Part shown: one piece after another, positions 25,856-36,625 of the stretch
Position numbering within the stretch: the stretch's first letter is position 1
Layout: each line of letters opens with the position of its first letter
From: Octopus bimaculoides
Lineage: Eukaryota
DNA length: 64,000 bases
Reading direction: 5' to 3'
NCBI RefSeq assembly: GCF_001194135.2
Contig: NC_068997.1
Location: 29,565,322-29,629,321, forward strand
Program-made: the position numbers and the translations under genes
Notes under the pieces: model-generated
Databases searched by the model: none
What the model was told of the DNA's origin: nothing
Seen by the model: only the letters and a program-made list of their open reading frames with translations

Positions 25856-28392
25856 AAAAAGTAAAAAAAGAAAATGGTAATTTTTTTAATAAACAAAGAT
25901 AAAGAAAGAAAAGCCATTTGAACGTCATTAAAAAAATGTTAACAAAATTGAGGAACGAATTTCTATTATGGCCAGTGCCGTCTTGACAGCATTGTAGGCT
26001 CCCGGGCAAATCACTGCTACTGGCCCTATACTATAGTATTTATCTTACTGACAGCAAGCCACAACATACATAGATTCAAATTGGACCCCGGGCTAGTGCT
26101 AACTTATGCCCAGGTTCGAAGACGGTACGGGTTAACTAAAGCTGATCAACTGACTTCATAGAAAAGACAAAATTGTGTGTTTGCGACTTTCTGGCTCGTG
26201 TTATGATGCAGTAGAAACTTCATTATGTTAATTATAGATTATAGTGGAGGGGTCGTTTTAAAACGATAAAAAGAAGGAAGGGAGGAATAAAGCAATTTAG
26301 CTTCAAGATGAAGACGACTGAATTGTATGTCAGGAATATTTTCTTCTAATTATAACAATTTTACGTTTTTCTATACATTTTATTTGTATGTTTTTTAACA
26401 CACTCCATCTTATCACTGCACCAGAATTACACAACAGTAACAAGTTTCAGTTATCGTAATATAAAATAATTGCTGATAATCGGTCTATTTTCTTTCCTTT
26501 GCAGTTTTATTTAATAACAGTCTTGCAGAGAAGAGGACAACCGCCTAAACAGACGGTCAGCTAATAATGGACACCTTGATTGACTGGATAAAGGCGGGCA
26601 AACACTTAAAACTGCTCATTAAAACAATTAGTTCACTTAAAGTAGAATTGCTAAATACACTGGTCTGTGGTAGGCAATCACTACAGAGTCCTCAAAATCA
26701 ATGAAATGGACAATATTTAGTTTAACATACATACACGCATACCCTTGTACAAATCACATTCTACTATTTTCAAAAAAAAAAAAAAAAGACGAAGCACTGA
26801 ATAATGTAGTCCCTGATATGTAAACAAAGTTAATTGGTTACAGCTGGTACAACTTTGATTAGAGGCTTGCTAGATCGAAGCAGTTTCGATTTCTCAATAA
26901 CGAAAAATAAATTATGCGTATGTAGGTAAGGAAGATCATGTGCGTATAAACATTATCATGCTTTTCATGTGATGATGTTTACATATAAATTCAATTAAAA
27001 ATAAATTTCCTATTCCAACCAACGACGAAATGAAAGAACGGGAATGTCCTTTAATTACTAGAATGAGACATAGTGGTTAATTAAATATGAACAGTTGAGA
27101 GAGAATTCATTTACACACGAGTTAAGTAAGCTATTGTAAACCAACGATATTTAGAGTATTCGAGTGAAACACCAAACCTCTGAGTAAATTTTTCACAAAT
27201 TGATGCCAATTGATATATTATAGACGAGAAGGAAATGGTGTCGAGGCTAAATACATCAAAGTAATTAGAATAATTTGGTCAGCAAGAGCAAACCGCTAAA
27301 ATAGGACTAATACTTATTAAGACAAATGTATTGAACCGAAATGAGCGTGATGAGTTTTACTTGGTTACATTTTATTTCCAGTACCATTAAGTAAAAATGT
27401 AACTGTGATAAAAAAATTAAAAAAAGACTTCGTTTTAACTTCCTATTACTGTCAGTTATCAACCAAATTCAAACTGTGTAAAGCATTCTGAAACTATACT
27501 TTACACCCTCGTCGTGTAATTTAAATAAAACAGATAAGTTATAATCACAATATTCTTTATTAACAAATAAAATCAATGATTTCTTACATTCATCATTTTT
27601 CGAACAAACTTCAAGTGCCAATCTACAAACACCATTGTTCCTAAGATTTCAGGTTTGACTATATATTAACGCAATCACCGAACTTACTAAATAATTCCTC
27701 TGTGTACAAAATAATTATATACTTATCTACATTAAATTTCAACAGGTAGAAAACGAATTCCTACCTCCAGTAGACAAAGATTGCAATTCAATAACACAGG
27801 TGAAAAGGAATAGACAATACAAAACAAGTTTGTATATTCCTGAATATCAAAAACATAAAAGGCATATTGCTGTTCTACCATAATATTCTCGGCAAATTCC
27901 ATTTCTCTTAAACAGATAATTAAAAATAGACAACAAAACGTAAAATTTGGACGAAAAATGTGAGATGAACCCTCACAATTTCAAAAACAAGGCTCAAGCT
28001 CCCCTTTGATTTCCCTAGATCATCTGTAAGCTTCAAAGATTTAGCTAAAGCTGAGGGTTAGCATAAAACGTCTGCAGATAAGGAATGAGCAAGTATTAGC
28101 ACCTAGAAAGTTCGTTTCCAAGGCGCTGGCCCACGCATGGTTATATATATATATATATAATGATGATGCTAATGAAAGTATATGTAGATATAACCAAAAC
28201 ACTGCCAACACAGCATACACCTGCTCGGCTTGCTAAAAATAGCAGCCAAATTCCTTTTAAATCACACCTTATCGTCTTAAAATATTAAAATACCCACTGA
28301 ACAGTGCAATTCTTATATATTTACACAGAAACAACGCACACACAATCACTAGGACAGAAGGGAACTAGTGATCTGTGTCGAGGATACCAGTT

Positions 28393-28433
<41 letters not shown>

Positions 28434-30489
28434 CTATATTGGTGCAGAGATGCCTTCGTCCTTTAATGAAGGCCGATCCAAATCGGTCGTAAATACATAT
28501 CGCAGCATACTAAGCGATTTTTCTATAAGTCTCCTGAAAAAAGTTTTAATTCAAATTCTATGTATTTCATAAAAGCCGACACAACCGTACAAAGTTATTT
28601 TTGAAAGTGAAAGTAATTTAACAGCTCCATTGAATGCATAAACTGTATGAAAATACATGACTAGCGTATTTTCTGCACTATATCAATTTATGGGATAAAA
28701 TGTTCACAGGTGAAGCTTACCGAAGCAGAAACTAAATTACAAAAGCAAAACTACCTGGTTACTTAAAAATAGAAGTAATTCCCACAACAAACACCATCGT
28801 TTGTTGTTTTATTAACTGGTAACCAACCACCTGACAAAGCCATTACCTGTTATTTCATATTCTTCAGTGTAGCCACGGTAAATACAAGATTTGCTACGTA
28901 AACAACGAGTAGGAAGATGCATTCAGATAATCAAATGCAGAAATCCTAAACGTTCTGCTTCTGATAATTGAATCCATTCAAGAAATAGCCGAAGGTGAAA
29001 GAGAGAAGAAAATAAAAAGAGAGAAAGAAGAAGCGAATGACAGGTTTTACTAAAACAATTATTGCGTTGATGTTTTGGTAGTCGATACTAAAGCATTTCA
29101 GCTTAGGTTACATTATAAAGTGTATTTACAAGTAAAATAAATCTATAAATAGCTTCTTTGGTTGAAAATATCAGCGCAGCATCCGCCGAATAGCAAGTAT
29201 AATTCTATTTTATCGAAAACAAATAAGAGTAGAGACTGCCGAGACCAACTGAACAAGCCGGTTGGATTAATGTAATGAAAGAAAGCAACGTTAAATAGAA
29301 TTAATTAATAGGAGAGGATGGTGCGACAAGAGAAAAATAGATGTTTGTACTCGGTGAGGCAGACTAGGACATCAGTTGTATCGTTAATTGCTTTATAGAA
29401 AACTACAGATTGGATAGAAACGGAAGAAGGCAACCGATTGTTTCATTCATTCAAAATTTCATTTCCAATTAAAGTTAAGCTCTAAATTAGTTTCCAGTGA
29501 AGTACATTAACAATTAAATATAAAAATTTAACTTTGCTGATTTAATAGTTTTGCTTTGTTGTATTTTTTAAATATATTTTTAGAATTTATCCAAGTAGAA
29601 TGCTTTGGTTATACCAAATCAGTATTGTTATGAATCTACAAAAAATAAACCTCACAAATCAACTCAAGAAAACTGTATTTGGAAGTTCTCAGGAGCTAAC
29701 AAAAAAAAAAAAAAGTAGTTGCCTAAAGAAAACACAAAAATGTTCACTTCTGTTAAAATAAATTGAGAGAAAAAAATGGAGAGATTCTTAAAAAAAAAAA
29801 AAAAATGCAACAAGTTTTTCCTCCTCTCCTAATCAATGGACCAATGCCAAATGTAAAAAGAGGTGAACAACCTGCAGCGGTCACCACAGAACTGTGTGTT
29901 TGCAAGGTTTTAATATTGGAGAGAAGACAAAAAGAAATAAAAAAACAGACAGGATGACAGCAATAGAAATTCTAACGAAACAAGTAGCTTCTTCGCATCA
30001 TTTTTTTTATTTAATGCAATTCTAAATTGTATTTAAATTGCGTCGTCAGCATTAAAAGAAAAAATAACTAAGACAAGGCTTAGGGCGATGCGTAACCCAT
30101 GAAAACAGGACCAACTTATTCGATATAGAAGTGTAATAATATAACCATTCGGTGACCTTAACTACAATAAAGTAATTAGGGAGAAAAAATATTCGTTATT
30201 GTTTTTTAGGAGTGGATGCAGAGTGAATTAGTTTGAAACCTAAAAAATAAGTGAGCCGAAAGAGAAAACAATTATTTCAACATAATTCCCTGTACCACCG
30301 TGTGTGTGTGTGTGTTTGAGATAATGTTTCTTTATAAGAAACTGAGGAGAGATGCAGCAGGTGTGAGGTTCGTCAAAAGCATAAACAGAGAATTGGTTTT
30401 TAATAACCAGGTCTCCTGTGTACAATAATTACTAAAAAGAATTCAAGAGAGAGAAATAAAATAAAATAAAATAGAAAAAAAAACATTAC

Positions 30490-30862
30490 CACTTTCTGAG
30501 ATATGTTCTTCTGGTGTATGACTATTATTATCCTCTTTGTTTCTGTTTATGTCGGGTGTTTTAATTACAACTTCGCCGTCTTTTTGAATGTGAAGGCCAT
30601 TAAGGCGATGTTTGCTCAAAATCCGATAACCATTGTGCTTGGAATTTGCATTAAAAAAATATTTACTACACTGGTTACATATCGCCCAAGCCTGTTCTTC
30701 GCTAATGGAGCTCGTGAATATCTTTAAAACTCTTGCCAAAGATATATGATTACTGTTATCATTTTTGGTGCCTGACTCTTCCTCCGAGCCGTCGTCCGTG
30801 CAGTTCGCTGCCATGACCAACTTCGGTCTGGCAGAGGAGGGACGCTGGCAAGCAAGGGACAT
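30490..30862 (-). CDS. SPIRE: Spire (actin nucleator) first coding exon, N-terminal half of KIND domain
   Basis: ISLARVLKIFTSSISEEQAWAICNQC...LHIQKDGEV resembles Spire KIND (LSLEEIL...INEEQAWAVCYQC...DG.V). Exon extends to 30876 with a (TC)n...TTCAG acceptor; GTAATG donor, phase 1. In-frame ATGs at 30862 and 30814. Confidence 0.85.
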
Positions 30863-31668
30863 AACTGAGCCAGGATCTGAATAATTAGCAGCAAAGCAGA
30901 GAGAGAGAGAGAGAAACAATTATTAGATGCAGATTTATATAATAATGAGCACCAGGCACCTGTTTAACAACACTCACTTATACACACACTGTAAGAAGAC
31001 GACAAAGAAATGGGGGAAGAAATGTATGTCTAAAACAAAAATAAGAGAAAAAAAAACACGTATCTCGAAAAAAAGTATTAATGACTATTCTGCAGTAGAT
31101 TAGTGATAATGGACACGAACTTAATCTGCAAATATTTCAGTTGATTCAAACACCGTGATTTAATATGATAGTTTTTACGTTTTCTCATGTTATCTAGGAA
31201 AATAAGGAAAAAAAAAATAATAATAATTTGTATAATGAAATTGAAAGAAAAGACTTAGAGCTAGTCTGCTTGAAATACTTTGTTGTAACCTGAAATTAAA
31301 ATAGTTTATCGTTTTGTTTTTTTATAATTCTTGTCCTTTTCCATTTTTATTTCCTTTATATACCACCACCACCATCATCATCTTTTGCAAAACTACTACT
31401 ACTACTGTATTTCTGCTCATCTTCAACTTTCTTTCACAGAGGAATGGGTGATAGGGTGGGTTCAATTGTTTTCTACATCTTTTATCTCATCTATTTCTTC
31501 TTGTTTTCTGAGCATCACCTTAATTTCAATCTATATATCCCTGTCTCACCTGTTCCCCCAATGGATAATGTCCAGGCTGCTATGGCTGCTGGATTTTTTT
31601 ATAGCTGATCAGCTTCGTGATTATCAAGTCATTTTAAAGATTTCAACATCTCAGCAACTGGAGTAAAA

Positions 31669-32022
31669 TGCCAACATAACATGGCAGTCCTGGTTTAGGA
31701 CGAATGTTGCTGTAATTTAGCCCCAGGAGACATAGTCTCCAGCTGGCTATACGACACGATCTGTGTCCTTATATTTTCGAACAAGGGAATCTAGCACCCC
31801 CACTCAGCTCTAGCCGAACAATTATTCTGTACTAATGAAGAGAAATAACCCAGAAACTGCGATACGCAGATATTGTTTTGAGCTGAGGGGGGGGGGCTAG
31901 ATTCCCTTGTTCGAAAATATAAGGATACAGATCGTGTCATATAGCCAGCTGGAGATGATGTCTCCTGGGGCTAAATTACAGCAACATTCGTCCTAAACCA
32001 GGACTGCCATGTTATGTTGGCA
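31669..32022. repeat. Long inverted-repeat (foldback) element: about 142-bp arms, 69-nt loop
   Basis: Arms 31669-31810 and 31880-32022 are near-perfect reverse complements. Confidence 0.92.
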
Positions 32023-32244
32023 AACAATCTTTACTACAAAGTGCTGTTGCTGAATATCTCTCATTGTGAGATTTACAAATAGTAATTTTCTAATCTGAGC
32101 AACTATTTCTCAATAGCTTTCTATCCTGACTATTAAAAAGACACAGAGCTCTGAAACCTGTTCTTTGATTCATATTCACCACCATCTTTATCATGATCAT
32201 TATTTTAACCTCTGCTCTTCCATGTCGAACAGACTCACTGAAGC

Positions 32245-32367
32245 CATTACAGTCTCCTGTACTACAAACTAATACATTACAGTCTCCCATACTACAAACT
32301 AATACGTTACAGTCTCCCATACTGCAAACTAATATGTTACAGTCTCCCATACTACAAACTAATACAT
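32245..32367. repeat. 30-bp tandem repeat x4
   Basis: Unit cattacagtctcccatactacaaactaata. Confidence 0.92.
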
Positions 32368-32780
32368 ATTGTTCTACAAGGATGTTACATATAATGTATG
32401 GAAGTGTGGTTGTGTGATGAAGGTGAAGGCTTTGGAATTATGTGGTTTCAAGTTCAATTGCAAGTTGTGGCTCCTTGGAGAAAGATCTTCTATCACAGCT
32501 TTGGTCTACCAAAGCCTTGTGAGTAAAATTTGATAGATGGGAACTGAGTGAAGATTTAATCTTTTCCTGAGTGATAGATTTAATCTTTTTTTCTGGTTTA
32601 ACATTGCTTTATCCTTGAATACTATTAGTAGAGAACACTTTCTTGGAAGCATTCACACTAAGTCTCCTGTCTAAAGATGACGTCTTCTTCTTTCAACTGG
32701 TCTTTATAAACCCCCAAAAACGTCATAAATGCTACCGTTCTTCCTCTGACCAAACTATATCTATTTACTTTTAAATACAC

Positions 32781-32900
32781 ATTGTTGGTTTATTATAGGG
32801 TACCCTGTCATATCTAATACATTGTTGGTTTATTATAGGGTACCCTGTCATATCTAATATATTGTTGGTTTATTAAATGTTACCTCATCATATGTAATGC
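32781..32900. repeat. 40-bp tandem repeat x3 (third copy diverged)
   Basis: Unit attgttggtttattatagggtaccctgtcatatctaatac. Confidence 0.88.
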
Positions 32901-33574
32901 TTTTCATTGGTTTTGTTGCCGTATTAAATTTTGATACTCCCTAGAATGGCTCATTACATATTGGTTTCAAATTCTGGTACAAGGCCAGCAATTTTGGGGG
33001 AGGGGGTAACTCCTCAGTACACAGCTGGTATCTATTTAATCGATCCTGAAAGGATGAAAGGTAAAGTCAACATCGGTGGATTTTGAGTCACTACACTCAT
33101 GGAGTGTTTGGCGTTAGGAAGGGCATCCAGCTGTAGAAACACTACCAGGCAGCCTCCTGGCTTCCCAGACCCCAGTCAAACCGTCCAACCCATGCTAGCA
33201 TGGAAAATGGACGTTAAACGATGATGATGATGATAATGATGATAATGATATATTAAATATATATATATATATTGTTAATAATTGGTGCCTCATTACAAAC
33301 AAAATAATATAATCTTACTTTACTAACCCACAAACGAGCAATTTAATTACTACTTAGTCGTTGAGTTATTCTGCATTTACTGGACAAGTTATGAAGAAAT
33401 GTCAGCTTAAAGTGTGTTTAAGAAAGGATTTGATGAGCTTGTAACAAAGCAAAGCAGAATCGCTGAGATTAAATGACAAGCAAAAGAAACAGGTCACCGT
33501 TGATCCTGGTGTTTGCTTTCACCTGAAACTAAAACTTATTTCTATTATTGTTTTATTAGTCATCAGACAGAACA

Positions 33575-33576
<2 letters not shown>

Positions 33577-33614
<38 letters not shown>

Positions 33615-33641
33615 GTGTGTATGAGTATGTGTCCATGTCTT

Positions 33642-33672
<31 letters not shown>
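33577..33672. repeat. Compound (GT)n microsatellite; many other (CA)n, (TA)n, (CAT)n and (TACA)n tracts in the window
   Basis: Direct reading. Confidence 0.9.
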
Positions 33673-33673
<1 letters not shown>

Positions 33674-35286
33674 TATACACTGTTATTGTTATTGTTGTTG
33701 CATAGCTTGAGGTTTGTCCTGAATGCATATCTATAATCAAAAAGCATTCCCATTGTGACCACCCATCCTTTTTCATATCTAGAACTAAATTATTCAAAAC
33801 ATCCTTCTTTTTATAAGATAGTAAGGTATGTTTTGAGAGCAACTGGCTACTATTTCTGGGTGATTGGATAGAGGCTCCTTCCTTGTATGTATTGTTGTTT
33901 TGGTTGTTGTTAGTGGTGGTGGTGGTCGTCGTCGTCGTGGTGGGTGTATGGCCTAATGTTAAGCTCCAATCAAAGAAATCCAAACCATGGCTCCCCAATT
34001 ACATTTGAAGAAATAATGCATCTAAGACTACATTATCCAATGTGCCTTTCATTTTAAGGCAATATACAATGATCTGATGAAGGTTTGGATGGCATTTCTT
34101 GGTAATCTGTTTACCAATTAGAGCACACACACACACACACACACACCCTGCTCTGTGGCTCATGGGATGACAGCAAATGTATGTATGTTTATTATATGTT
34201 TGAACATGATATATCATCATCATCATCATCATTTAATGCCCATTTTTCCATGCTTGTATGGGTCGGACAGAATTCACTGAGGCAGATTTTCTACACAGCC
34301 AGACACCCTACTTGTTGCCAACCCTCACCTGTTTCCAAGCACTACATACATACAAACATGCATGCATACATACATACATACATACATACATGCATGCATA
34401 CATACATGCATACACACACATAGATACATACATATAAGATACTCAGAATCACTTAAACTATTCATCAATCGGAATATAAGATGTCACACACACACACACA
34501 CACACACATTACTCAATAACATTGTCAAAAACCTACAAGTTATAGGGGTTAGAACACAATTAATTAAACAGGCCATCAAATTTGGAAAATTTAAACCTGA
34601 TGAGATTTGAACTCAGAGCACAGGGGATCATAACTGAAAAGTGTGAAACTGGTTCTATGATCCATCACTCTATCCCCATGAGTTTGTGCTTCGTCCATCT
34701 CTCTCAAGAAGACAATCTTTCTTCTCCATTCGCTTCTGTGATTCCTGTGTGGCTTCTGTGCCTCCAATAAGCTGATCTGATTACATTCAATGGAATTTCT
34801 GCCTCCTTCTAGTCTACATATCAAGAACAGCTATTTCCATGGTGCCATGTGAAAAAATGGCCCATGGTGGTGCCACATAAAAAGCACCAAGTATACTCTG
34901 TAAAACGGTTGGCATTAGGAGGGGGGCACCCTCAAAGCAGACCCTGGATCCCAGTGCAGCTCCTTGTTAAAACCATTCCACCCATGGCAGCATGGAAAAC
35001 TGACATTAAATGATGATGATGATGATGATGATGATGGATCTTCTCTGTTTTCCTATTAATGCTTTAATGTTTCCTAAGTTCACATTGAAGCCTCTCAATT
35101 CTATGTTCGCACAACAGCAATTTCTTCTCCATTATACAGAATTCCCCACAACTACCAAATCTAGTCACACTATGTGCCAACCGGTCTGATATATCCTACA
35201 TACAAATGTTAGCTCTTCCTCCATTGCTACTTCCCTCACCAATAAATTAGAAGTTAATATTTTCATGTCTTCCCCACACTCAGCAC

Positions 35287-35334
<48 letters not shown>

Positions 35335-36625
35335 TATTGGTTAGCAAGAAAGTAATTTCGTTTTTCGCAAATAGATAGATTTACAATTTTTTAAAATGTG
35401 TTGTGTCAAGGTTATGAATTTTTTTCCTTTTGACATTTGATAGCCATTACTTTTAGCTGACTTTGGAAGCAAATTGCATGTAATTTTGTTTGCAACTGTT
35501 AATTCAGTGTCAATTTTGACATGAAGTGCAAAAACGAACATTTTCACTATATTTTGCTTTTTTATTTCCATAAAGTCAAGAAAGCTGCTGAGGCTCACAA
35601 AGAGATGTGTGATGTTTATGGTGTTGATTGCTTAACAGAATGCACCTGTCAGAAATGGTTTTAAAAGTTCCGTTCTGGAGAATTTTCACTCAAAGATGAC
35701 CAACGTTCTGGTCGACCTACTGAAGTTGATGATGACCAAATCACAACCATAGCTGAATCTTATTGTCATATAACTGTGCAAAAGATTGTAGCGATGTTAA
35801 ATGTATCACACTCAAGAATTGAAAATCACTTAAAATGTCTTGGACTTGTTAAGAAGCTCAATATCTGGATTCCACATAAATTGAAAGAGATTCATTGAAC
35901 ACAACAAATCAATATTTGCAATATGCATTTCAAACACAATGAAATCGATCTTTTTTTTAAACGAATCATCACTGGTGAGGAAAAATGGATTGTCTACAAT
36001 AACATCAATCGAAAAGGATCATGGTCTGAGCGTAATGAGCCAGCACAAACCATATTGAAAACTGAATTGCGTCAAAAAAAAAGGTCATGCTGTCAATTTG
36101 GTGGGATTACAAAGATGTTGTGTATTTTGAGCTGCTTCCAAGGAACCAAACGATCAATTCAGATGTTTACTGTCAACAACAAATGAAACTGGAGGAAGCA
36201 ATCAAAGAAAAATGGCCAGAATTGGCAAATCGTAAAGGAATTGTCTTCCACCATGACAATGCTAGACAACACACGTCTTTTTGTGAAAAATCATTGGAGC
36301 TTGGTTGGGAAGTGATGTCACATCCACCATATAGCCTTGACCTTGCACCATCAGATTACCATTTATTTTGAAGTTTTCAAAATTCTTTGAATGGTAAAAC
36401 TCTCAATAATGATGATGACCTGAAATCGCACTTGCTTCAGTTTATGGCAGATAAGGACCAGAAGTTCTATGAGTGTGAAATCATGAAGTTGCCAGAAAGA
36501 TAGCAAAAGGCCATCAAACAAAATGGAAAATTATATAGAATTGATTAAACTTCATTCTTTGTATGAAAACAATTACTTTTATTTCACACTAAAAAACCGA
36601 AATTATTTTCTTGCCAACCCAAATA
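35335..36625 (+). mobile_element. Full-length but inactivated mariner (DD34D) DNA transposon
   Basis: TA-flanked TIRs (ttgg-ttagcaagaaagtaatttcg / cgaaattattttcttgccaacccaa). Transposase from ATG 35521 with WIPH, ITGEEKW, HHDNAR and HPPYSLDLAPSDYHLF motifs, broken by stops and frameshifts. Confidence 0.93.

Noticed and set aside
32245-32367. CRISPR-like array or repeat protein (MGDCNVLVCS)n
   Set aside because: Contiguous tandem units with no spacers, in a eukaryotic intergenic or intronic context; the ORF is a by-product of the 30-bp period.
34072-34110. CTGATGAAGG hammerhead-like start (similar at 4893 and 62243)
   Set aside because: No paired stem II followed by GAAA, and no stem I partner.
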